58,794 bases of DNA, from assembly GCF_001186125.1 (NCBI RefSeq), contig NW_014039984.1, positions 1-58,794 on the forward strand, given 5' to 3'. Made by a program: the position numbers and the translations under genes. Each line of letters begins with the position of its first letter. Within the stretch, counting starts at the first letter, position 1. Source of the stretch: Sphaeroforma arctica JP610. Taxonomy: Eukaryota. The notes beneath the pieces were generated by a model that did no database searches, had not been told where the DNA came from, and worked only from the letters and a program-made list of their open reading frames with translations. This document shows, piece by piece, positions 39,378-58,794 of the stretch.

Positions 39378-41535
39378 CAGTGCTTAAACCAGGTATGAGT
39401 ATCCACATATAACTAAATCTGATTCGTACAAACTTTATATCGTCGACCGTTGTGAACTTCTCGCGTTTGCTACGAATGTGCATGTTGCTTTGTTCGTATG
39501 CAAGCACGTCAATATCATTTTCGATACTTGGCAGCGATCTATTACGTTTCTTCGTTCCTGCAAAAAATAACTTGTCCTGAGTGGTCTTGAGTTAGAAAGT
39601 TTCGCGTTGAGTTTGGCTTAGACTCGCCAACAGGTGATGAGGTGCTTTCTATTGTTCGGCGCATAGACATCCCGATTCCTTGGCGTGAGATGTTAGAGAT
39701 TTGACCGGAGAGTTGTTCGATTCTGGATAACTGAGATTCCATGGAGTCCTTCTGACCGTGGAGCATTCGATGAAACCTGGCAATAAGCTCAAAAGATGCG
39801 GCATCGGTAGATGGAGTGAGAAGCAGTTGAGAAGCTGCGGCAGCGGTAACGGATCAATTAGGGTTGGAGTAAGTAGCGAGGGCTGAGGTGGTAGGGAGGG
39901 GACTAGTACTGGTAATTGGACACCAGGGACCAGTTATAGGCCTCACGGAGAAGACTCAAGACACTGGGAGCGTTCATCGAAGGCGCAAGTATTATAGTGT
40001 CTGGAGGTGTAGGGATTGGAGTTAGATTGAAGATTGGTGGCGCAGAGATTGGTGGCGCAGCAACACTTGGTGGTGTTGTGTTAGTGCTCCCTTAGGCGAT
40101 TTCTTCAAGGCTCATGTGGATGATGAGCTGTTGGGTACAAGAACATCAAATTTGTTTAGCAAAGAATCAATCCTGGTTTTGGGTTGGCCTTCGTTGCTCT
40201 TGGTAGACGAGGGCGTGGCCGCGTCCTGGGTTGTTTGGGAGGAGTTTTCGTCATCTTCCTGCTCGGCTTGCAAATCGGTGATTTTCCCGGTGGTGATGTT
40301 CCATTCTTCAGTAGAAGAGTTGGACGACAAAGTTGATTACTATTCAAGATCAATTGGTGTTTCAAAATTTGGTTGGCGGTTGTATCTAAATGAGGGTCGT
40401 CGAACTTTGCTCCCCTTATTTATACGACACGTGCCCTACTCGAATCTCTTGCTATGATGTCCCTGGCGGTCCATGTCTTGCTCCTTCCAGTTTTCAGGTT
40501 CTCCCAAGGACACCAGCCTTATTGGGGTTTACTATTTCCAGGCCTTTCTTCCTGATATTAAATTATACACAGCTTCGCTGTGAAGGCATTAACTTACTAT
40601 TTTAGTTATTCACCGCCGCTAGTCCCTTGGTAGTTGAAGTGAGACCGCGACTAGGCAACTGAGTAGGCACTTACTCTAGACTGCGATGTCATGTATATTA
40701 TGATAGTGAATCAGAACATCACGTACATCTAAGCACAAGGGAATACTTGAGAGCTTTCATAGTCGACCTGCAAGGAGGAAGGTACACGCTTGTAAATCCG
40801 GGAAGAGCTTCGAGTCTTGGCCAAAGTGGTAACTCATACGCTTCAAATTTTCAGCTAAGCATATGCAATAGGTGATATTCTGCTCTAATTCTCTTTGCAA
40901 TCTTGATACATGTCTCTCGCATACGTATACAATATGGAAGCATTTCTGGTTCAATTCAACAGGTTAGCTCCTCGTTGGCTGTGTACATTTATCTATGTAC
41001 TTACGTGCTTCTGTGACAACTTATGTGTCTCAATGCCGAAATGTGTTCAATGCAAAATGGTAGATACACTTCAATCAATATGTACTTTGTATCAATGGCA
41101 CGCGTCTCAAACCAAATACGATATAGAAATTCTGACAGCAAGATTCTATACAGCAGAAAATGGGCTATAAAGAACACGACACAAAGATACCTAATACCTG
41201 AAGCGAATGGCGGACGGCATGGAACCTTGATAAATACAAAGCATACATTTTGCACACTTGTAATTTACGCACTGCACACACATCATGCATCAGAATAAAC
41301 GACAGTCATCTTTTGCATCAATGAGCCTAAACAACAAATTACCTTTGTCATTGGTCACATTACAACATACACATATCTCACAACCTGTACACAGTAAGTA
41401 TATCAACGTCAATATGTATACGCCATTAAAATACTGCTTTCCCATCCGTTGAGGTCAATTGGCTTTCAACGCGGTTAGTCGCATTACAGATTAAGTGGCT
41501 ATATTTATTTATCTAGTAACACTGATTTATTTATA

Positions 41536-49853
<8,318 letters not shown>

Positions 49854-52245
49854 AATTTGTTACTACCAATCAAGAGTTAAGAATGTTTACGTTTGATGTA
49901 CTGTATGTACTTGATCTTGGCAGTGGATGTGTGAATACGCTCGTGTGGGCGTGAGTTGTGTTTATCTTCTGAAATGGTATAGAAAAATTTGATAGTATCG
50001 TACGATAATGCTTAGCCAACTGCTATCCTCAGTTGACTATCGCCTCCAAATAATTAAACATGCAATGTTGTTTAGCTGCGAAACCTTCAAACCAGAACCA
50101 CACCAGACCAGGCACTACTTATTTATTTATTTTGAACCCCCTTGCGTAGTCCAGTCATGCTAAAAAGAAGTGAAAGTTGGAACTTGAGAGCAGTGACTTG
50201 CTGAAAGCTAACAGGTTGCCCTTCTCAACGACCTGCTGATAGGTCCAGGAGAAAAGAACAGCACCTTTTTTTTTAGACCAGCTGTGTCATCAGTTTATTT
50301 TTTGAAAACATGTGATATTAATATCAAGGTTCTATACTAAAACAAGAGTAACTCTTCTTGATAAAAATAGTGTAGAGAATTCTAGATTTGTCCTTTTTTT
50401 TTTTTTTGAGAATCGGCTTCCCAACAGTATATACTCCAGTCACAGAGAAGCTGACTAGCTGAGAGCCCAGATTCTGAGATTCAGGAGTCAGAGGCACTCA
50501 GAGCCCCAGAGTCTCAGACTCATAGACTCAGACTCATTGGCTCAGACGCTCAGCTACGAGCTGCATTGGTACACGACGACGTCCATGAAAAATTGAAAAT
50601 ATGTCGCGGCGACATGTATGACAATTGGCATGTCGTTTTCCTATATCGGCCCATAACGACACTATGTCGTGACCAATATGCCCTACAAAATGTTGACCGA
50701 ACATGTACGACGTGTCGTTTACCCAAATATCGGCGTTGTGTTCAGTTTATGTTTACCAAACCTATAATAGTGCAATGACTCATGACTCATGGCTCATGAG
50801 GGTTACTACAGTCATACAGTGTCACTCCCAACTCCTCAGTCCCAGTCTCCCAGACCCCAGAGCCCAGGCCCCAGAGGCCCAGAGTGTGTGAGACTCTCCC
50901 CAGTCAGTGGCCCATACCAAGCGGCCCAGCCTCACACACACAAGTCTAAAGTGAAAGTCACTGCACCAGGGGCCTGACCCAGCCGCGTCAGTAGAGTAGA
51001 GTCACTAGAGAGTGACCCTCTTTCTTTCTCTCTCTCTAGAGTCTCTAGTCTCTACTACTACATAGTAGGCTTTCCTATATTAAAAATGAAACCCAAAAAT
51101 AGAAACGCTCCATAATTTTATATATAAAATTTTAGGTCCCCATCGGCCATCTTTCATTGGTTTTCAGGATTCGGTTCGGTGCGCAAACTCAAAGTGGGTA
51201 TTGGTTTCAGTTTCTGTTCCTCCAATTGAATCTAACACGATACATTCCAATTTTAAGAACGCTATGGGGTGATTGAATCCTGGTTATAGAGTGGATATTA
51301 TTCGAAACCCGTGTGTGCTCTGACTGCTCTCACTACTCAAGTCAAGCCCCGTGTTTTCAAAAGATTTTTTAAATCGAACGTAGAATAGACTTGGTCTTGT
51401 AGTCGACTCTACTAGCGTAGAGCTGACTACTGTCTCACTCGGTACGTAGCCCCAGCGTTCAGCAGTGATTCGGTGATGTGTATTGTATTTATTTACACAG
51501 TTGCCAGTTGACACTTCCTCTTGCTCCTTGGCAGTACAATTTTTTTAGAAAATATTTTCACACTGCCAGTCCATTCTCCAGAGCCTACTTTTTAAAAAAT
51601 TAGACAGACAATCTGACATATTTATTTATTTACAGTAACAGTACAATAAAAGATAAGCCCCCTGCCCATGGACCAAAACCTATTTTTAATTAAATTCTGG
51701 CGCGCCATTTCAGTAGTTGAGAGATACCATTGGTCCAGGCGTTTATGTGACGAGTGCGATAAGCTACAAACAGTTTCTGGGTGCCACATAGACACCCTTT
51801 TCTTGACGACTATACGGGAAGAAATAAGCGAGAACGTTAGTAGACGAGAGCAAAAGTCAGATTGGAATAACAGTTAAGCCCAGTTAGCATGCCGCGTGCT
51901 CAGGCAGTACGCCCCAAAGAGCGAAAGAAGGGATCAGGTGGTAAACGAGTCAATGCAGGTAGGAAGCGAACAGTACAGACTCTAACACGTGTGCCGAGAC
52001 AAAACAACTTCAGGCTTCAAACTTAAATCAACCAAAGTAGACCCTCCAATATATGATGGGGCTCAACAGAGCCAATCAGCAGATCTTACGGATGATATTT
52101 CGCAGCAATGTCAATTAGAGGATATGCAGCCCAATCAGGTGGCGATGATGCCAACAAAAAAATGCAAATGGGATGGGAATCATATCAGTGCAACAAGATG
52201 TAGCAGCTACAGGTGATGTTGCTAGAATTATTATCAATCCCTTTG

Positions 52246-53040
52246 CAATTCTACATGCCCGATATATTTGTATGGTTGCCCGAAATGTACTATAGCCTCA
52301 TTTTAACTTACCCATGGTGTAAATCAGTCAAGACATAATCAGATGGATGGACTAACAATCCTAGAGTACGGTGAGTGTATGGATGGAACAGACATTACTA
52401 TATCATGTCAAGAAGACATATGTGTCACGTTTGCATAAAATATATATATAGCGCATGATCCTGGAGAAATCGCCGCCTTTTCTGAACATGCCCAGTTGAA
52501 TTTCCCGGCTTATATGGCAGCTAGGTGTGCTATGAATGCGAAGTTGGCGCAAGATTTGCTGAACAAGTATTATGAATCAGGAAAGGTCAATGACCTCGGA
52601 GAAACAGATAAGGACAGATATCTGAAAACGTGTACTGCACAGGTATTGGCCTAATATTCTTCCTAATAAAACCGTAAGAAAATTCTAGGCGACAACAATG
52701 CTTTGTAGAGACCTGACTATGCCAAGAAGGCAAAGCCGTTCTTCTTGTTCATCCTAAACACTGCTGGGGTACAAAATTCTTCAGTACTAAATATCTAGGC
52801 GAGCTCATGAACAGTCTGACACAAAACAATCGTGGGTACTTCGATCTTCGCATTCAGAACTAAGCTGGATAAAAAGGATTGTATACAGCTTCAAATTGTG
52901 AAAGTGTGTTCATGATGGAAATCTGTGCCGCTAATTTGGGTCTTTGGTTTTGATCGTTAATGAACACGAGTAAATTCTGCAGATGCTCTTTTGTACACCA
53001 AAAGGTTGTTAGCAGATCGATTAAATCGTTTATGCACTAA
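52246..53040 (+). pseudogene. Decayed DUF6729/Zisupton-like transposase remnant
   Basis: Manual translation: QFYMPDIFVWLPEMYYSLILTYPWCKSVKT*SDGWTNNPRVR*VYGWNRHYYIMSRRHMCHVC, frameshift, AHDPGEIAAFSEHAQLNFPAYMAARCAM, and later LIVNEHE*I. From memory this pattern matches the FYxPxxFxWxP..CPxC..GW...RRV..YY..R.xCxxC..FP layout of DUF6729 proteins. No database search was run. Confidence 0.5.
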
Positions 53041-53721
53041 GTTCTGGATAGTATCAATATAAGTGATGAACAAATGGTGAAGCTTGCCGCTCCAGAGCTA
53101 CTCAGCAATGAAGTTGCACCCGTTATACCGATAAAGATTGATCCTGATTTACCAATAGTCTCTCTACCAGCGGTCTACAACAGAGTGACTGTCAAAGATG
53201 TCAGTGAATTCAACTCTGGAACATTTCTAATAAATTTGAATATGAATTTTGACTTTTAGTAAAGTTAGGTACGCCTCGTGAAAACAGTAATACTCTGAGG
53301 GATTGTGAAGCTGAGACATTGCCTATATATTATCCTCTCAGTACTGTTTCTGCCGAAGGGATTTATTCGTTGTCGCCCTATTCGAAACTATGGTATGTTC
53401 CATTGGGGCGAATTCGAGATACTCATAAAATCCTATCTTTAGAAAAATTAAAGAAAAATTAAAAATACTCTTGATATCCTTAGTTATTGTCTTAACCAAT
53501 AACTTGCCTTATATCAAGAATTACCGACTTAGCCTTTATCAGAGTGGCCCATCTGGTTGGCTGATCGGAGGATCAACTAGGTAACGTTAATAGTCCCTAG
53601 AAACCTATATTTGTTTGAGCCATCTCGCTACCGAAGTATTCAGATATAAATAAAGTTGGAAAGTAAATATAGTTCTATTAATAGAACTAGACCAACTCTT
53701 ATGTTTGGTATTTTACTGAGA

Positions 53722-53904
53722 CCTTTTAATAGCCTCGTCTATATATCTGATATGTAAAATGAAAAAGGTATTAATTAATAAAACCATTAAACCCCATTTA
53801 GGAAACTTAAGTTCCTCGTACTATTAAGAGTACGTTTATAATTTGCGTATTGCTTAAGAGTACGTTTATAACATAGAGTCTAATGTGGAGGCCCGGCTAT
53901 TACA
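53722..53904 (-). mobile_element. LTR-like repeat, probable 3' LTR start of a minus-strand Gypsy remnant (full extent unknown)
   Basis: The minus strand begins TGTAATA at 53904, directly preceded by the G-rich tract GGGTGGGGGCTG (PPT-like). It lies downstream of the RNase H fragment and is homologous to the inverted copy at 55636-55894. Confidence 0.6.
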
Positions 53905-54187
53905 CAGCCCCCACCCAGCTTTGAGACCCATGAGAAGCAAGTTGCTCACTCAAGCTGAATATGGGTCAAAAAGCGAGAAAGGAAAAACGGGTCGAAAACA
54001 TTAAGTAGCATAACATATAGTTAATGCTTCTCAGGCGGAGAAGTTAAGTGTTTTTGGTTACCCTGTGAGTTTTGGGCTTAGGTCCAGTAGGTCCGTGGTG
54101 GTTGACTGGACGTTTCTTACGCTTCAGTGTCTGAAGCACATATGAAGGATAAGGTTTTTATATTGTGAGTCGGGTTTAATCTCTTTC

Positions 54188-54513
54188 ATATATTGAAGAG
54201 ATTTCTGATCACACATCAGCGTAAATGCTGTTCTGTATAAGTAATCTCGGAAGTGTGTTAGAGCTGCCACTATTCATAATAGCTCTTGTTTAACAGTTGG
54301 GTAATTCAACTGTGAAGTATTCATAGCTCGACTAAAGAATTGTATATATCTAGGATTGTTATCTATATCCTGATATAATACTCCTCCTAAGGCTAAGTCG
54401 GAGGCGTCCGTTGCTATTTCAAACGGCACGCCATCGACTTGTCCTTGCACAACAGGGGCTTGCTGGACTGCGTGTTTGAGTGCTTTAAATGCGTCATCAC
54501 ACTCTTTAGTCCA
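54188..54513 (-). pseudogene. Ty3/Gypsy pol fragment (RT connection and RNase H)
   Basis: WTKECDDAFKALKHAVQQAPVV..PFEIATDASDLALGGVLYQ..IQFFSRAMNTSQLNYPTVKQELL*IVAALTHFRDYLYRTAFTLMCDQKSL: canonical TDAS, NY..ELL and DHKSL-type RNase H motifs, with an internal stop. Confidence 0.88.
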
Positions 54514-55635
54514 CCTATGCAATTGAAAATTATATATGGATGATGGCTCGCAGCAGAACTGAAATGTACGTCGATTGTGAGGGAATGCAACGGCGGCATA
54601 CACATATATTAGACATATTATGACGGTCTTGAAAGTCTTGAATCCAGCTGCCGTATTACCTTATCCGAAGGTCAGCCAAAGTAACACACTACGCGACACA
54701 TATGGCTGGTTTGATGAGATATCCTTTCATATAGCCTGCAATACGTCGATGTTGATGGTTAAGATAGCATAGACGATATAGATACACCAGTGTGTCTCAG
54801 TATGCGAATAGATATATGTCCATGTAAAAAGATATACAATAAAAATTTAAAGAGCATTTGGTGATATTTTTACTTTATTTTATATGTGCATGTATGTGTT
54901 ATTGGTGACATCCGTGCATTATAACATATCTCTACAAATACGCATGCATATGCCCCCATATGGATTCTTACACCTGAGGTTATCGTTACAATTTGAGCAA
55001 CTCTTACGTTGCGTGCGTTTTTGAATGCGACCAGATTGTATTCTAGATACAACGTGTGGCGTTGTAAACTGATTTACTGTATTCACCGCTGTAAATTCAA
55101 GGCTGTGCTGATAATATACCATCCTATGTTAGGATGATAGTGCATCTGCGGTACTTAACTACTAGGTGGTATAATTGTTTGAGGTTGCTGTGTTTGCATA
55201 GTAGGCTGTGTTTGCTCAGTGTCTGAAGCTGAATTGTTATCAGGTGTGAGTGTTACTGGCATCTCATGTCTAGCTTTCTTGCCTTTCCTACCAGTCCGAA
55301 TTCCATCAGGAACTGGTTTCTCCGTTGCAACGGGTCTGGGTATCTGGCTAGTATCGTGAGCCTGGCCAAGGGGTGGCAAAACGTATGCATAAATGTCACT
55401 AACTGTAAGCCCCGGATTCGGTATGGAAGGATTCGCTGCCTCAAATCTTTGTGCTTGTTTCTAGAGATGAGCCAATGCTGTTTCGAAATGGACCGGGAGT
55501 TTGAGGAATGTTGTACGGCCATTCACTTTAAAATTTCAACGTCCCTTCAGCTTCTTCATGAATGCTTTTGAACCTAGCCTTAGACTCTCTGCATTCAGTT
55601 CGTGATTAAGTTTCTCGCAGAGAAGCCGTCCTCGA

Positions 55636-55894
55636 TATAATAAGACGGGCCTCCACATTAGACTCTATGTATAAACGTACTCTTAAGCAGTACGCAAATT
55701 ATAAACGTACTCTTAATAGTACGAGGAACTTAAGTTTTATAAATGTACTCTTAATAGTACGAAAAACTTAATTCTTCTAAATGTGCTCTTAATAGCACGA
55801 GGAACTTAAGCTTCCTAAAATGGTTTTTAATGGTTTTATTAATTAAACCTTTTCCATTTAACAGATCAGATATTTGGATGAGGCCATTAAAAGG
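55636..55894 (+). mobile_element. Second LTR-like copy in opposite orientation, truncated, with an internal ~38-bp expansion
   Basis: tataataagacgggcctccacattagactctatg...gaggccattaaaagg is the reverse complement of 53722-53904. The unit aaacgtactcttaatagtacgaggaacttaag is present about three times. Confidence 0.65.
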
Positions 55895-55938
55895 GTTTTA
55901 GGGTTTTAGGGTTTCTAAAACCCTAAAACCCTAAAACC
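55892..55938. repeat. Head-to-head telomere-like repeats (TTTTAGGG then CCCTAAAA)
   Basis: agggttttagggttttagggtttctaaaaccctaaaaccctaaaacc. Confidence 0.8.
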
Positions 55939-56779
55939 GCAAACGCAAGGCGCGAATGAAACGCGCCANNNNNNNNNNNNNNNNNNNNNNNNNNNNNNNN
56001 NNNNNNNNNNNNNNNNNNNNNNNNNNNNNNNNNNNNNNNNNNNNNNNNNNNNNNNNNNNNNNNNNNNNNNNNNNNNNNNNNNNNNNNNNNNNNNNNNNNN
56101 NNNNNNNNNNNNNNNNNNNNNNNNNNNNNNNNNNNNNNNNNNNNNNNNNNNNNNNNNNNNNNNNNNNNNNNNNNNNNNNNNNNNNNNNNNNNNNNNNNNN
56201 NNNNNNNNNNNNNNNNNNNNNNNNNNNNNNNNNNNNNNNNNNNNNNNNNNNNNNNNNNNNNNNNNNNNNNNNNNNNNNNNNNNNNNNNNNNNNNNNNNNN
56301 NNNNNNNNNNNNNNNNNNNNNNNNNNNNNNNNNNNNNNNNNNNNNNNNNNNNNNNNNNNNNNNNNNNNNNNNNNNNNNNNNNNNNNNNNNNNNNNNNNNN
56401 NNNNNNNNNNNNNNNNNNNNNNNNNNNNNNNNNNNNNNNNNNNNNNNNNNNNNNNNNNNNNNNNNNNNNNNNNNNNNNNNNNNNNNNNNNNNNNNNNNNN
56501 NNNNNNNNNNNNNNNNNNNNNNNNNNNNNNNNNNNNNNNNNNNNNNNNNNNNNNNNNNNNNNNNNNNNNNNNNNNNNNNNNNNNNNNNNNNNNNNNNNNN
56601 NNNNNNNNNNNGGAGGCCGTATTTCTACAATCATTTGTAACCACGTGGTAACGTGTTTCTCAGGCGGTGCTTGCAATCCACTATAGCGGCCAAAAAGGTG
56701 GTATGAGAATTAGTGCAGCTATTCATTCGAGTTTAACCCCATTTCAAGTGATCAAGTCACATATATATACCGTCATTTG

Positions 56780-57050
56780 GTGCGATACACGAGAGTTCTC
56801 AAGTTCTCTATGACGTGTTTCATTTGCACCCTGCGTATGAGGTCTATAAGTACCTCCATGCCCAAGGATCATGTCTGATTTGAGTATAAGTGTATCTACT
56901 CCGTCGGTGCAAAACTCGCTACCATTATCAGAATATAGCATTTGGAGAAAGTCGATGTCATTGAAAACGTGATGCATAATTTTGTAATTGTGTGCAGGCA
57001 TTTGTTCAGTATTGCATAAAGAAAAACATTGCCCATATGCTTGAATTTTG
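56780..57050 (-). pseudogene. Retroviral-type (rve) integrase core fragment
   Basis: HHVFNDIDFLQMLYSDNGSEFC...HGGTYRPHTQGANETRHREL: the SDNGxEF and YxPxTQGxxE motifs of the DDE integrase core. Confidence 0.75.
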
Positions 57051-57844
57051 GGAGTTGAAATAAATCGACTATGGCTCGGCGTAGTAGTTGGTATTATTTC
57101 ACACTTTAAAAGGGTGCTCAGTCGTAACTCTTGGTCTTTTTTTTTTCTTCACTATTTGTGCAGCGTCGGTATACTTCACGCATACTTTTTCAGCACCCGG
57201 TGTTCAAGCCCTGAACAAACAACCATTGCATAAGTATGCACGTAAGCTTGATGAGTTAAGTTATGAACCATCTTAATTTTACTTTCAAACTCATCAAAGT
57301 CAGTCAGATTTTGGGAAACACTGGCTGGATGCGTTATATCCTCTGTTGTCGAGGCTGCTTCAGTATTAGTAGGAGTAATTGTCTGCTATACGTGGCAAGT
57401 ACGTTGGATTGTCTAAGCACCTTCCTCAGTTGTTTCGCAACCCTTGATTGTTTTCTAAGCAGCGCTTTAAGTTGTTGAATGCGAACTTCAGTAGTATGTT
57501 TTCAAAGTGCTTTTTTAGTAGAAAAGAATCCCTGATATAACGTGTCGGTTTCATGAACAATTGGGATATTAGTTACCATGGTGGAGTTTCCAATACATTA
57601 TGCTTAGCTAGGTCCAACTGAAACGCATGACCTATAGGCTGTATCAACAACCTATATTCGAGTAGTTGTTTATTTTGCACGGCAGCGAAAATGACCTCAA
57701 TGCGAATCAGTAAGGAAGCATCTATTATTAAACAATCAATCAGTAGCTAGCAACTCGTTGACCGAGAGGAAAACGTAGCAGTCATATCATGCCAGCGGTT
57801 CGCCAACTATGAATCAGGGTTCCTGTCTTGTAGTAATTTAGAAG

Positions 57845-58360
57845 AGTTTTGATCACATACGACAGTAAGTAGCTTCCATATAGTTAATATTTGAAATAGC
57901 AGGTGGTTTATGTTTAACGATAGGGTAGTTACGTTGGCTTTCACTGTAGTTATTGCTACTATATAGTTTTAAGTAATGTGGCTTGCCATTTATATTTTGA
58001 TACAGTACACCCCCGACCGCTCGATCTAAAGTGTCGACTGCTACTTGGAATGTAACACCGTCTATTGGTATTGCATTATCAGTGCACCCATTACTTGACT
58101 TTTGACTAAGCTGAATGCTTCATCACATTATTTAGTCCGTAGCTCTCCCAACGGTCCTTTACGAAATCGTTAATGACTGAAAGGTTTTAGGTAGTGGCAA
58201 GGTTAGGTACTGATTCCGTAAAGAAGTTTATAAAACTGTATACAAGAGTTTACATCTCTTCCGGTAGTCGGTGTTGATAAGTGCAACAGAAACCATTTCC
58301 TGCTAGGATCAATTTCTATTCCTGCTGCAAATACTTTGTACCCCGGTAAGTGAATGGTAT
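57845..58360 (-). pseudogene. Second, more decayed Gypsy RT-thumb/RNase H fragment
   Basis: Manual translation with frameshifts: IHLPGYKVFAAGIEIDPSRK..PTTGRDV..; TK*CDEAFSLVKSQV..DGVTFQVAVDTLDRAV/GVLYQNINGKPHYLKLYS..SQRNYPIVK..VVCDQNS. It is collinear with the 54188-54513 fragment. The RT-RH-INT order on the minus strand fits Ty3/Gypsy. Confidence 0.7.
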
Positions 58361-58467
58361 CTTTAGTATATGAAGTGAATGTTTTGACAGCCGAACAAAC
58401 AAATTTTTTTATACTCTCAATTTGACAGCATAACAGACTATTATTATAATTATTATAGAAAACTTGT

Positions 58468-58648
58468 TTTGACAGCAGAACGATCTATATTTATTTTAGA
58501 TGTTACATAGAGATACAGATTTGACGGCAGAAAGCATCATATTTCTTGTAGATGTTGCATAGAGGTCCCGTTTTGACAGCAGAGGGCACTATGTTTCTTT
58601 CAGATGTCACATAGAGGTCCCATTTTAGCAGCAGAACGAGCAATATTT
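58468..58648. repeat. 52-bp tandem repeat, about 3.5 copies
   Basis: tttgacagcaga...tagatgttacatagag units at 58468, 58520 and 58572. Confidence 0.85.
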
Positions 58649-58720
58649 CAATTTAGAGCACCCGCCCTGGCTGCAAACAGAATTATGCTATTTGTATAGT
58701 ACATTGTGTTTCGGTGAGTG

Positions 58721-58765
<45 letters not shown>

Positions 58766-58794
58766 CTTTAGTAAGTTAGTTACTTACTTACTTA

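Noticed and set aside
53722..55894. Interpretation as a TIR DNA transposon that captured a retroelement fragment
   Set aside because: The TG-type termini and PPT-like tract are at the inner ends, the outer ends are ragged, and I see no target-site duplication. Opposed LTRs fit better.

Overview
Intron-rich, AT-microsatellite-rich eukaryotic draft sequence with five N gaps. Five spliced protein-coding genes can be reconstructed by hand, all with GT-AG introns and consistent phases: the 3' part of SURF1/SHY1 (+, 37-3110), TIM9 (-, 5471-8312), pyruvate carboxylase with a mitochondrial presequence (+, 19 exons, 12431-24538), a ~2515-aa Bir1/survivin-type protein with two BIR domains and a 6-kb exon (-, 26414-36200), and an animal-style CPT1 carnitine palmitoyltransferase (-, 15 exons, 41536-49853). 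The mix of fungal-like (Bir1 layout, Tim9 N-terminus) and animal-like (CPT1, mitochondrial PC) traits suggests a unicellular holozoan such as an ichthyosporean; this is inference. The last ~7 kb holds decayed transposons: a DUF6729/Zisupton-like transposase, Ty3/Gypsy pol fragments and two opposed LTR-like copies. One of those copies stops exactly at a head-to-head TTTTAGGG/CCCTAAAA telomere-like palindrome. The most striking recurring pattern is that introns of all five genes carry tandem 'echo' copies of their own splice junction or the sequence beside it.
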